From a virus (Duplodnaviria > Caudoviricetes): 64,000 bases of DNA. Position 1 is the stretch's first letter. The number at the start of each line of letters is the position of its first letter. The DNA is taken from IMG/VR virus record IMGVR_UViG_3300021791_000001, positions 715 to 64,714 of that record; one strand, given 5' to 3'. Under the pieces are notes generated by a model, which did not search any database, was not told where the DNA came from, and saw nothing but the letters and a program-made list of their open reading frames with translations. Of this stretch, positions 10,501-19,318 are shown piece after piece. The position numbers and the translations under genes are program-made.

Positions 10501-12028
10501 TGGGTTGACTTCCTCTGGTCTATTAAATTTAAGCAACACTAATAATAATGATGCTATTACTGGTGGGGCTAGGGGTTTCCTTGGTTTAAATGCTAATAAT
10601 AGAGTTCAATTACCTATAGGAAGTCAGGAGGGTACGGCTAAATTTTTCTCTTACGGTAGTACAGGAATTCCGGGGAATTCTGGTGCTACAAGTTTACTTG
10701 TTCTAGATAACTTAGGTCTTGTTGGGTATTCATCCTCTAGTTCTATGGGAACATTCCCTGATTTTGATGTATCTGGTGCAACCAAACAATTTGAAATTAG
10801 AGCAGATAATGGTAAAGCCCAGTTTGGTGGGGGTACATGTTTCGCTGATGAAAGTGGCCTAACAATTAAACAGCATCTAGGGTCTAATGCTGCTGGTTTT
10901 TTTGCTTTTGAATCTACTTCTGGAAGTAGGGCTTTATTTTATAGATTAGTAAGTGCTGCTGGTTACCCTGCCCATACACAACTTTATAGTGCTGGGACAT
11001 CTGCGAAAGCACATGTATTTGTTACTTATGGGACAGACGCTTTCATTACGGCTGGTACAAATGCGGGAGGCACTACTCTTAGTAGGGCAAGTGAGGGGGG
11101 TTTTAAAGGTTTATATTTAGATGGGCAAAGTCCTCCTACCCCTACAGATAATGGTTCTGGAGTAATTTATTGTGACGCTAGTTCAGGGAAACCTTATTGG
11201 CAAGGAAGAACTTCGGGTGGTGGTGTTGTATCCGCAATCGATTTATCTGGTGGTGGTATTACGGAAATAACTGCTGGAACGGCTCTAACAGGAACGGCTC
11301 TTACAGGGCCAAGTGCAACCCTCAATTGGAGTGGTGATGAATTACCTACTACTACTAATGATGCCCATGCAGATTATTATGTTGTAGTAAGTTCTAGTGG
11401 TGCTAGCTATAAAATTGATGTTGCTGATATAACTAGACTTGGTAGTGGTGGGGGTGGTGGGAGTCACCCATCTCCCCATAGAATGGGTGACGGGACTGAA
11501 ACCCAACCTATGTATAGCTTTAGTGCGGATACAAATACTGGAATATACAGGAACGGTGATGACTCACTAGGTATAACTGCTGATGGTAACCAATGTATGA
11601 GGATTGCTCACGGTGTTACCCGAATAACTGGGCATTTTGCACCTACCACAACCTCTTATGACTTGGGTTATTCTGGCACTAGATGGAGATATATTTTCTT
11701 GGTGAATTCTCCTAATGTCAGTTCTGATGAGGCTAGCAAAGAAAATATAAGTCCTATTTCTAATGGACTAGATTTTATTTCTCGTTTGAATCCAGTAGTG
11801 TATAATAGAATAGGGGAGACTCAAGTAGACTTTGGTTTTACTGCTCAAGCAATTAAACAAGCTGCTTTAGATTCAGGATATACTGAAGATATAGGAGTTT
11901 ACACAGAAGATACAGATATTGATACGGGTATTACTAATTGGGGGGTAGCTTATGAAGAATTAATTGCCCCGTTAGTAGCATCCATTAAAGAACTGAAAGC
12001 AAGAATAGAAGTATTGGAGGGTAATTAA
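7589..12028 (+). CDS. Baseplate hub/central tail fibre fusion with C-terminal intramolecular chaperone (peptidase S74)
   Basis: N-terminal hub-like region (IIFHGRIHRI...IHLYAYS); fibre motif PMYSFSADTNTGIYRNGDDSLGITADG; C-terminal VSSDEASKENI...LDFISRLNPVVY...GFTAQ...YEELIAPLVASIKELKARIEVLE is a typical S74 signature. Confidence 0.8.
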   Translation: MPLPKTRLDYLHTNDRWVQAVTPDGNDAVILLNVEDNINSSNKAEIIVANRSTNPESSTDTAKGNLVDVFRDFQRIRLVDQETGIIIFHGRIHRIRNKYDFQYGQTIHLYAYSSFRELAQYPLEDPGEILDSLDTTNQTYSRNSVTYDLRKRSEVIKLMLAELDLNDNISIGDANHFEPSWATDSLGDKKLNLSKIERKVLNIAQDLAYEDPLKNESGVHVGESGYDLRAEPYFTSCAADHIPVDMLNYYHRGTRPGIGGAYGNAATPQLTDTSTDSLTIEYPNSSWNGETGVKRAMLSDFEFDRPSIDIYTSVILKYEDQSREDADSELQGVSSKRGIVTFELLKGTSSGSFTWSNKALDASKNTTNIPELINVSGGASGVARAQWNGADHLLVSDITSSFPVTGNITLVGASSGATFTMNAAEGRNSTKYGVKRPKSLSRNISRNLNTIRKEVVSRLIGKTDLVIVKGKYQTVRYPYVYYDLPSNASRSTNTVSWSGTVDAQERGIRKAMIIVEVDSQGSIQRYAYLSNVNSSTSVTYGTGATDTSDGTALNSSNTLRLIVPIRSGDVVKVTNAMAGVNTNQLIMTLTYDEAPGNCRAGYTSIGSNGKFNNIFDTPEAVAAELELAKEKNFSSLVPNSERAFYFSGFVNRGSNPQSSNDYRQIHWSNAAGNTSGTAGVITVSNGEKYNLACGNSPLLTTAEHTIFFRPTKAIADSNKSDTTLQVILTTSYKADPEDIVFGWCKASVNKRGAKAILILLPQIQSQDLFATGMPGGVGEVFLAKSSQKYDSTIDIKPATDVETNTNAYHHLQWAASTLKFADGDSWNIAAGGWSSGNTGSYSYTANGSAFSTNSNLSASFASGEDRTLYAFVDTNDTAAGGTLTLRWTEDWDHISTDSSGSLKTTRIILAMVHVPEASTDGQRAPRVIPMNNRSLVLNAAFIVAGSITAQHIKSTVIDATHIRITGTNGIGGLTSSGLLNLSNTNNNDAITGGARGFLGLNANNRVQLPIGSQEGTAKFFSYGSTGIPGNSGATSLLVLDNLGLVGYSSSSSMGTFPDFDVSGATKQFEIRADNGKAQFGGGTCFADESGLTIKQHLGSNAAGFFAFESTSGSRALFYRLVSAAGYPAHTQLYSAGTSAKAHVFVTYGTDAFITAGTNAGGTTLSRASEGGFKGLYLDGQSPPTPTDNGSGVIYCDASSGKPYWQGRTSGGGVVSAIDLSGGGITEITAGTALTGTALTGPSATLNWSGDELPTTTNDAHADYYVVVSSSGASYKIDVADITRLGSGGGGGSHPSPHRMGDGTETQPMYSFSADTNTGIYRNGDDSLGITADGNQCMRIAHGVTRITGHFAPTTTSYDLGYSGTRWRYIFLVNSPNVSSDEASKENISPISNGLDFISRLNPVVYNRIGETQVDFGFTAQAIKQAALDSGYTEDIGVYTEDTDIDTGITNWGVAYEELIAPLVASIKELKARIEVLEGN

Positions 12029-12249
12029 TGGATATAACTCTTACATTTACAGATGAGCAATGGAAACTGATTTTAGATCACTATCGTCACTTTCAAACAG
12101 AAGAAGATGGGTCACAAACCCGTATACCTATAACTGAAGAAGCTTTAATAGCTGTATTTAAAACCTTTCTTAAAGCAAATTTAGAAATATTTATGAGTGA
12201 GGATGCGGTAGAGGCAGCTAAAGCAGCCTTACCAGTAGTGGATGTCTAA
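12028..12249 (+). CDS. Hypothetical protein
   Basis: Coupled TAATG start; 73 aa. Confidence 0.5.
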   Translation: MDITLTFTDEQWKLILDHYRHFQTEEDGSQTRIPITEEALIAVFKTFLKANLEIFMSEDAVEAAKAALPVVDV

Positions 12250-12613
12250 AAAAGAAAGGATTATAGAGCTTAGAACTTATAATCCTTTAATGAATTCACA
12301 GGCAATTGGTAATGAAGTGGGAGTATCAAGACAGTACGTTAGAAAGGTCTTGAAAGCGGAGGGATACCATACCTCTGTTCCTAGGGGTCGTAAACTTCCT
12401 CGTCAATGTGTTATGTGTGGGGTTGCTATACCTAAACGACAGAGATTTTGTTCCCCCGAATGTAGGAAAGCTACTTATTTAGAAGTAACTTGCTCTTTTT
12501 GTCATGTATCTTTCAAAAGAAAGCGGTCTAGTTTACTACAAAGTTACAATTTGGGGTATAATAATATATATTGTAGCCAAATTTGTTATAGTAAGGGGCA
12601 GAAAGATATCTAA
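12242..12613 (+). CDS. HTH plus Cys-rich (Zn-finger) putative regulator
   Basis: N-terminal HTH (SQAIGNEVGVSRQYVRKVL); CVMC..FCSPEC, CSFC..YCSQIC motifs. Confidence 0.65.
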   Translation: MSKKERIIELRTYNPLMNSQAIGNEVGVSRQYVRKVLKAEGYHTSVPRGRKLPRQCVMCGVAIPKRQRFCSPECRKATYLEVTCSFCHVSFKRKRSSLLQSYNLGYNNIYCSQICYSKGQKDI

Positions 12614-12619
12614 TTGTTC

Positions 12620-12648
12620 TTGACAGGTCTTCATTTTTATGTTATACT
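12620..12648 (+). promoter_or_regulatory. Sigma70-type promoter upstream of the sigma factor gene
   Basis: TTGACA-N17-TATACT with TGn extended -10. Confidence 0.7.
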
Positions 12649-12686
12649 ATTCCTAGGGAGTTCTATGCCTAAAAATAAGGAGGTTT

Positions 12687-13283
12687 ATGGAAGTTACTAA
12701 TGCACTGATAGCCCAATGGGAACCTAAAATACAAAGATTCTTAGGAACATCTTATGTGTTAGGGTTAGATAGAGAAGATTTAGCCCAAGAGTTAAGAATT
12801 GCCATTATAAAAGCTGCTGAAGGGTTTGATGAGGAACGGGGAGTTTCATTTCATACGTATTTACATACAACTATGGTGAATACTTTGCGTACTTTAATTA
12901 CTAAAGCTCAGAAGAGGAGTCCTTTTTATGAGTCGTACAGCTTAGATTATACATTAGATATGGATAATGTAGAGTATGCTGTAAATCAACCATCAAATAA
13001 AATTTTGCAAGCTCTGGAAGACCCGATTTCTGCATTTCAAGAACATGAATTTGAAGTTCAAGATCTGTTGATCCAATCAAAGTTAAATAAATCTGAGATC
13101 AATTTTATTAATTTAAGAATGGAAGGTTTAACTATGGAGGAGATTTCTAGGACATTAGAAGAATCGTCTTACAAGTTACGCCATAGTTCAAAACGTAAAA
13201 TAGAAAAGTATTTAAATAAAGCTGAATGGATGGAGGGTGAACATGCCTATAAAAAAACGAGTGAAACAGGGCAAACTAACTAA
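12687..13283 (+). CDS. Phage-encoded sigma-70-family RNA polymerase sigma factor (regions 2 and 4)
   Basis: DREDLAQELRIAIIKAAEGFDEERGVSFHTYL (region 2); EGLTMEEISRTL (region 4 HTH). Confidence 0.85.
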   Translation: MEVTNALIAQWEPKIQRFLGTSYVLGLDREDLAQELRIAIIKAAEGFDEERGVSFHTYLHTTMVNTLRTLITKAQKRSPFYESYSLDYTLDMDNVEYAVNQPSNKILQALEDPISAFQEHEFEVQDLLIQSKLNKSEINFINLRMEGLTMEEISRTLEESSYKLRHSSKRKIEKYLNKAEWMEGEHAYKKTSETGQTN

Positions 13284-13467
13284 GAAAAACCTCTTGACAA
13301 ACGAAAAACCAACCCTTAAACTTATGGGAGTGAACCAACAAACAAGAAATGTATGGCTAGTAGCAGAAGTATCCACAGCAGAAGAAGCTAAAAGTTTAAC
13401 AGATTCTAGTAATCATACAGAATATTATTTGATGGATTCATATAATCAAGTTTATTTATTAACATAG
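13237..13467 (+). CDS. Hypothetical protein
   Basis: ORF between sigma factor and helicase. Confidence 0.45.
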   Translation: MNMPIKKRVKQGKLTKKNLLTNEKPTLKLMGVNQQTRNVWLVAEVSTAEEAKSLTDSSNHTEYYLMDSYNQVYLLT

Positions 13468-13475
13468 GAGCAGTA

Positions 13476-14732
13476 ATGGAGAGTTTTGATTTTATTGAAT
13501 CTGGAATCATCTTTGGTTTGGACTCTTTTGATAACTTAAAGAAGTTTAAACATTCTTCTAGTGATTTCGCTAAGCATGGAGATGCTTACAAATTTCTAGT
13601 AAAGTATGTAGATGATTGTGGTGAGTTCCCTTCGGTAGCCCTACTATCAGAAAATTATCCTACACTAGACCCCACGGCAAGTTCGTTAAATCTAGAGTAT
13701 GCTACAGAGAAATTCAAACAACAAGTTTTATATAGGGCTATAGTTAATGTATTTAATACTCATAAAGAACTTCTTAAGGAGAATCCTCAAAAAGCTTTTG
13801 ACCAGATTAGCCATAACTTAAATGATATTAGCATTGTGTATGATGAGGAAGTTGTAGCTTACAATAACGGTAGTTCCATGGATAGATATACGGCATGGCA
13901 AGAGCGTACTGAGAAAAGAAAAATGGGTGACGGCTTAATGGGTATAAAAACACCCTTTAAAAGTTTAAACACTATGGGAGTTGGGTGGCTACCGGGTGAA
14001 TTGATTTCACTATTTGCAAGACCTACTGTTGGGAAAACGTGGATGAGTGTGTTGGTAGCAGCTATATCTGCTTTCACTGGGCATAAAACTTTGTTGGTGT
14101 CTACTGAAATGCCAGTGTCTGCAATTAGTCTAAGGTCCGATGTAGTTATGGCAGATTTAATGGGGTACAGTTTATCTCATAAAGCTTTAAGAAATGGTGA
14201 CCCAATAGATGAGGATGCTTATCAGTCATTTTTGGGTGAATTACACCAACAAAATTTATTGATTTGTGACCATATAAATGGTCAAGGGTCTATCACTATA
14301 GAGGGAATTGCAGGACTAGTTAGAAAACATGCACCCGAATTAGTAGTATTAGATGGCATCTATCTAGTTACTACAGGTATGACTACTAAGGCTATGTGGG
14401 AACAATCACATGCCTTATTCTATGCAATGAAAGGGTTATGTTTATCACAGAATGTAGCAATGTTTGTAACTACACAGGCCAATCGGGATGCTGCCAACGT
14501 CTATGTTCCCCCTCAACCTGAGACTGTAGCTTTTGGGGATGCCTTACTCAGAGCTTCTGACGTAACATTATCTATGGCACGGGTGGAGAATGATGAACAA
14601 AAGAGAGTAATACAGTATCAAAAATATAGGGATAGTGAAATTAGTGTGGACATGTCTATGTTATCATGGGAAGTAGATAGGGGTCATATAGAAGAAGTAG
14701 GTAGTAAATATTTTAGTCAGGATGAATACTGA
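13476..14732 (+). CDS. dnaB: DnaB-like replicative helicase
   Basis: Walker A ARPTVGKT; VSTEM; VVLDGIYL; TTQANR; QKYRD. Confidence 0.9.
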   Translation: MESFDFIESGIIFGLDSFDNLKKFKHSSSDFAKHGDAYKFLVKYVDDCGEFPSVALLSENYPTLDPTASSLNLEYATEKFKQQVLYRAIVNVFNTHKELLKENPQKAFDQISHNLNDISIVYDEEVVAYNNGSSMDRYTAWQERTEKRKMGDGLMGIKTPFKSLNTMGVGWLPGELISLFARPTVGKTWMSVLVAAISAFTGHKTLLVSTEMPVSAISLRSDVVMADLMGYSLSHKALRNGDPIDEDAYQSFLGELHQQNLLICDHINGQGSITIEGIAGLVRKHAPELVVLDGIYLVTTGMTTKAMWEQSHALFYAMKGLCLSQNVAMFVTTQANRDAANVYVPPQPETVAFGDALLRASDVTLSMARVENDEQKRVIQYQKYRDSEISVDMSMLSWEVDRGHIEEVGSKYFSQDEY

Positions 14733-15589
14733 TGAATTGGACTAATATGTTACTAGAGGTGGGATTACAAATACCTGTAGACAAACCAGAGATTAGTATA
14801 GTGTGTCCTTTACATGAGGATAGGGTATCTTCGTTATCCATTAATACAGATAAAGGAGTTTGGATTTGTTTCGCTGGGTGTGGGCAAGGAACATTAAAAT
14901 CCTTCCTCAGTAAGTTCTTACACATGTCTTCGTTAGAAATAGATAAATATGTAAGTGATAGAGAAGTCAGTTTAGATTTAGACTTTTTTGATGGGTTCTC
15001 GTTAGAAGATGATGTCGATGAAATTGTTTTACCGGAAGATTTCATTCCCCACGAATATCCTGTGTGGGCATTCGATAGAGGCTTTACTCCAGAATCCCTT
15101 AGAAAATGGGGTTGCGGTACCAATAGATATGGAGATTTAGTAACCCCTATATATGATTTTTCGTCTTTAAAAGGGTGGGTGTCAAGGAGGCAAAATGCTA
15201 TACCCAAATATATGTACTCTAAAGGGTTTAAAAAATCAAAGCATTTATTTGGAATTGAGCATATTGAACGCAGTCCATTTGTATGTGTCACTGAAGGTAG
15301 TTTAGATACAGTGTGGTTACAACAAAATGGGTTTCCTTCGGTGGCTATTTTGGGGGCTATTGTCTCTAAAGCTCAAGAAGAACTCTTGGCTAAGTTACCC
15401 ACTGAGGAACTTGTTATTTGTTTAGATAATGATAATGCTGGGCAAAAAGGAAAAGATAGATTAATGACTTGCATGATACAAAATTTTGTGGTAAGCTATA
15501 TAAATCTTCCAAAGGAGTATAAAGATGTTCAGGATGTGAGAGATGCAAAAGCACTACAGCAAATTATAAAAAATAGAGATATATGGTAG
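14732..15589 (+). CDS. dnaG: DNA primase (Zn-binding plus TOPRIM)
   Basis: CPLHED...WICFAGC; VTEGSLD; CLDNDNAG. Confidence 0.9.
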   Translation: MNWTNMLLEVGLQIPVDKPEISIVCPLHEDRVSSLSINTDKGVWICFAGCGQGTLKSFLSKFLHMSSLEIDKYVSDREVSLDLDFFDGFSLEDDVDEIVLPEDFIPHEYPVWAFDRGFTPESLRKWGCGTNRYGDLVTPIYDFSSLKGWVSRRQNAIPKYMYSKGFKKSKHLFGIEHIERSPFVCVTEGSLDTVWLQQNGFPSVAILGAIVSKAQEELLAKLPTEELVICLDNDNAGQKGKDRLMTCMIQNFVVSYINLPKEYKDVQDVRDAKALQQIIKNRDIW

Positions 15590-15598
15590 GAGAAAAGA

Positions 15599-15922
15599 AT
15601 GGCAGATATATATGTAGGTACACCAGAGGCACAACGATTACATGAATTGTTTGAGGAAACAAAAGAAGTTATTAAAAGAGGGGATAGATTAGTAGTAACA
15701 TTTAACCAAAGTAAAAGCGTAGAAACTAAGTACAGGGGTATTGTACACATTAAAGGGGAAGCCATAGAGATTATACATACTGAGAACCCAATCCCAGAGC
15801 ATGGGTATAATCCTACCCCTAGACCAAATTTTGGGGATACGTGGGAAGTGGAAGTTATAACTAATTGGGGTTGGGAAGGAAAACAATTTGCCTTAGTCAG
15901 TCCATTAAATAAAATAAGTTAA
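15599..15922 (+). CDS. Hypothetical protein
   Basis: SD AGGAG; 107 aa. Confidence 0.5.
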   Translation: MADIYVGTPEAQRLHELFEETKEVIKRGDRLVVTFNQSKSVETKYRGIVHIKGEAIEIIHTENPIPEHGYNPTPRPNFGDTWEVEVITNWGWEGKQFALVSPLNKIS

Positions 15923-15933
15923 GGAGAAATGTA

Positions 15934-16647
15934 ATGAGTGGCATAAGTAAAATACAAAATTTAAGAGAAGAATCTAGGGAAAATATATACTCAAGGGCTG
16001 TTCAACCTTTTAGGGAAATCTGGTTCAGAGATGGTGACCAAGCCTTTGTAACTTCGGTAGCTACCGGAGAGGATAATGATATTAATTTAGACGAGATTTC
16101 TTTGTACACTTTTAGGCACGGTAGTCGGTTCGTTAATCTTTTAAATGAAGATGGGGTGGATTTAAGTGTGGTCCCCCACGACTCTAGGCCATCCAGAAAG
16201 TTTGCTTTTTGGGCGTATGTCCATGAAATCATCCATTCTGAAAAACGACAAGAGTCTTGGGTAGAAATTCAACAGAATAAATCTACTGGTAAAAAAATGT
16301 TTAAAGAAGAAGTTGATGATTATAAAATCGTCTGCCTAGGATTTGGAAGAAATGATATTGTGTGGAACCAACTAGTGGAAGTTTATAATGATTGGGATTC
16401 TTTGGATAAGGGGGTGATGAGGGTTAGAAGAACAGGGGCTGGTATGAGAGATACCTCGTATTCCATTTCTGCCTCCCCTAGAAATGTAGAAATACCAGAA
16501 GATAGGGTAGCTGAACAGGCAGACTTACCACCCATTAAGGAATACTATAGGGAGAGGTACGGAGCTTTATGGACTCCCGGTCCCTCTAGTGATGATGATG
16601 AGAAAGTGGAAGTGAAGGAAGAAGCTTTTACTGCGGATTTGTTTTAA
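15934..16647 (+). CDS. Single-stranded DNA-binding protein (gp32-like)
   Basis: Replication cluster; VMRVRRTGAGMRDTSYSI segment; acidic C-terminal tail ending DLF. Confidence 0.65.
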   Translation: MSGISKIQNLREESRENIYSRAVQPFREIWFRDGDQAFVTSVATGEDNDINLDEISLYTFRHGSRFVNLLNEDGVDLSVVPHDSRPSRKFAFWAYVHEIIHSEKRQESWVEIQQNKSTGKKMFKEEVDDYKIVCLGFGRNDIVWNQLVEVYNDWDSLDKGVMRVRRTGAGMRDTSYSISASPRNVEIPEDRVAEQADLPPIKEYYRERYGALWTPGPSSDDDEKVEVKEEAFTADLF

Positions 16648-17084
16648 TGGTACGGCTAGAGACTGATGCATATTTCTTAGAGATTGCAAAGACAGTAGCT
16701 CAGAGGGCTACTTGTCCCAGAAGACAGGTGGGATGTGTGTTAGTCAATAGCCGTAATCATATTGTAGCAACTGGTTATAATGGAGTCCCTTCAGGATTTA
16801 CGCATTGTATTGATGTAAATTGTGAAGGGGCTAAATATTCTTCGGGAGAAGGGTTAGATGTTTGTGAAGCTATACATGCCGAAGTAAATGCTCTACTTCA
16901 GTTAAGGTCTGAGGAAAAATTAACTGCCTATATGACCGTGACACCGTGCTTTACTTGTGGTAAAATGTTTGCAAACAGCCAAGTGAAAAGAATAGTAGCC
17001 ATAGAAGAGTATCACCATACTCAGACAAGAAGTATACTAAGTAAAGCTGGCATAGAAGTGGAGATATATGATAGTAACATCTGA
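16647..17084 (+). CDS. dCMP deaminase
   Basis: CPRRQVG, ATGYNG, HAE and PCFTC zinc motifs. Confidence 0.9.
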   Translation: MVRLETDAYFLEIAKTVAQRATCPRRQVGCVLVNSRNHIVATGYNGVPSGFTHCIDVNCEGAKYSSGEGLDVCEAIHAEVNALLQLRSEEKLTAYMTVTPCFTCGKMFANSQVKRIVAIEEYHHTQTRSILSKAGIEVEIYDSNI

Positions 17085-19083
17085 GAATTTTAAAGATGTA
17101 TTGGATACTTTAACTACCTTTAGTGAGTGGGTTGTTGATGTAGAAACAAATGGCTTAGACCCATATGGATATAATCAAATATGTGGTGTGGGAGTAGTTG
17201 GATTTACTCATCAATATTCATTATGGTTTAGGGAAGAACGTCCTGTAACATCTCAAACATATTATTTCCCATTCAGACACCATCAAGGTTCTAATTTAGG
17301 GAATCAAGAGTTGCAAACCTTGATGCACCATATGAATAATGTGGAGACTTTAATTGGATATAACATGAAGTTTGATTTAAGGTTCTTAGAGAAGGAGGGT
17401 TTACATGTAAATGGTCAAAAATTAATTGACGTAATAGTGTTAGTTAGGTTATGTGCTGATACAGAGGTAACTGATTTTGGGTTGACCGAAACTATTAAAA
17501 GATATTACGGTGAAGAAGCAGCATCTTATGACATAGAAACTAAAAAAATATTGAAATCAAACAAATGGAACAAAGATTTTTCATCGGCACCAGTAGATAT
17601 TTTGGGTCCGTATTGTGAAGCGGATGTCTTCTATACTGCTTCGTTATATCAATCTTGCATGAAAAAAATTGCGGATATGGAACAAGATAAGGTAGTAGAA
17701 TTAGAGACTCAGCTAACCACAGTTTTGTATGATATGGAAGGTCGAGGAGTCCATATTGATAAAACTTACGCTAGTAAATCTATAGTTAAAATAGACCGGA
17801 GGAAGACGGCAGTTGCAGAGAAGATTTGGGTATTAACTGGATTGGAGTTTAATATAAGTAGTTCAAAACAAGTGGGTGAAACATTGAATTCTTTGGGAAT
17901 TCATTCCCCATCCTTAACTCCCCAAGGAAAAGAGTCTTGGGGAGAGGCTGCTTTGGTTCAGATTGATAACCCTATAGCAGGATTGATTAGGCAATACAGG
18001 TCTTTGGAAAAATTGAAGTCTACTTATTTAGAGCCGTATACAGAGATAGACACTCTCCACACTACTTTTTGTAATTGGGGTGCGGTCACAGGTAGACTGT
18101 CTTCTAGAGGACCAAATCTCCAGAATATACCTAGAACCCATTTTAATTTAGTAGACAAGGAATTAACTAATGAAGAAAGAGAAGTGGTTAGGGGAAGAAT
18201 TGAAGCTATTATATCGACTAAGGGGGGCACGTTCTCCACCGATTTATCGGATGAAGTCTTGGATACTTGGGGCTTTGTAGGGGATGAATCCTTTGATGAA
18301 CAAGATGAATCTCAAATAGCCATTAGAAGATTGTTCATACCTAGAAAAGATTATTCATTAATTGGGTTTGACTATTCTCAAATGGAAGTCAGGGTATTTC
18401 TAAGCTATTTACAAAATGAAGAAATAGATGCATTGATGTATAAGGATGATATAGATTTCCACGGAGAAACTGCTAAGAATGCTTTTAATATTGGGGAAGA
18501 CCATTCAGAATTTAAATTTTATAGGCAAATGGCGAAGAATATTACTTTCGGTATTATCTATGGTATTGGGAATAAGAGGCTGGCATCCCAATTAAGAACC
18601 TCACCTCAGGAAGCTTCTGCTTATAAGAAGAAGTATTTTCAGGGTATCAGTGGGGCTAAGACATTTATTGATAGGGTATCTAAAACTATAGAGCAGAGGG
18701 GCTGGGTAAAGAATAGATATGGTAGACTATACCAAATACCTTCTGAATTTGCTTATAAGGGGGTGAATTATCTAGTTCAAGGAACTAGTGCTGACATTTT
18801 AAATGAGAGGATGATTAAAGTTTATGATTATCTTAAAGATAAAAAGAGTAATATCTTGCTTCAAATCCACGATGAAATCTTATGTGAAATTCATGATGAC
18901 GAATTACGAGAGTTACCACTCCAAATTCAGAGATTAATGGAAGAGAATAGTTTAGATATACCACTTAAGGTAGATATAGACGTATGTGAAGGGTCTTGGG
19001 CGGTTAAGAAAGATTGGTATAAATTAGACTTGACAGTAAAGCCTGAACCTGTTACACTAGAGGAAGCAATAGATTGGACATAG
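17068..19083 (+). CDS. polA: Family A DNA polymerase with 3'-5' exonuclease and no 5' nuclease; Phe at the E. coli 762 position
   Basis: DVET exo motif; TGRLSSRGPNLQNIP; DYSQME (motif A); RQMAKNITFGIIYG (motif B); QIHDE (motif C). Confidence 0.95.
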   Translation: MIVTSENFKDVLDTLTTFSEWVVDVETNGLDPYGYNQICGVGVVGFTHQYSLWFREERPVTSQTYYFPFRHHQGSNLGNQELQTLMHHMNNVETLIGYNMKFDLRFLEKEGLHVNGQKLIDVIVLVRLCADTEVTDFGLTETIKRYYGEEAASYDIETKKILKSNKWNKDFSSAPVDILGPYCEADVFYTASLYQSCMKKIADMEQDKVVELETQLTTVLYDMEGRGVHIDKTYASKSIVKIDRRKTAVAEKIWVLTGLEFNISSSKQVGETLNSLGIHSPSLTPQGKESWGEAALVQIDNPIAGLIRQYRSLEKLKSTYLEPYTEIDTLHTTFCNWGAVTGRLSSRGPNLQNIPRTHFNLVDKELTNEEREVVRGRIEAIISTKGGTFSTDLSDEVLDTWGFVGDESFDEQDESQIAIRRLFIPRKDYSLIGFDYSQMEVRVFLSYLQNEEIDALMYKDDIDFHGETAKNAFNIGEDHSEFKFYRQMAKNITFGIIYGIGNKRLASQLRTSPQEASAYKKKYFQGISGAKTFIDRVSKTIEQRGWVKNRYGRLYQIPSEFAYKGVNYLVQGTSADILNERMIKVYDYLKDKKSNILLQIHDEILCEIHDDELRELPLQIQRLMEENSLDIPLKVDIDVCEGSWAVKKDWYKLDLTVKPEPVTLEEAIDWT

Positions 19084-19092
19084 GAGGAATAT

Positions 19093-19305
19093 ATGGCAAA
19101 GGTTAGTATGCATTTAGGGTTTACGTTTAGGGTGGGACCTTTGGATACAAATCAATATGGAAGAATTGATATGACTTTCGACCAAATAGACACTGACCTA
19201 CCCTTGGAAGACCAGTTAGCAGAGGCAGGGAATACTGCTGATAAGATTTGGGAACATTTAAAGTCTAAAGTAGACAGTCAAATAGACCAAATGTTAGAAA
19301 AATAG
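19093..19305 (+). CDS. Hypothetical protein
   Basis: SD AGGAGG; 70 aa. Confidence 0.55.
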   Translation: MAKVSMHLGFTFRVGPLDTNQYGRIDMTFDQIDTDLPLEDQLAEAGNTADKIWEHLKSKVDSQIDQMLEK

Positions 19306-19318
19306 GGGGTATTACACA

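Noticed and set aside
35-12028. Diversity-generating retroelement targeting the fibres
   Set aside because: No reverse transcriptase and no TR/VR repeat pair seen in the window.
18133-18321. Intein or intron in PolA (also checked TerL, RNR, DnaB, RecA)
   Set aside because: No Cys/Ser N-terminal or His-Asn C-terminal splice motifs, no LAGLIDADG or HNH domain, and the frames are continuous.
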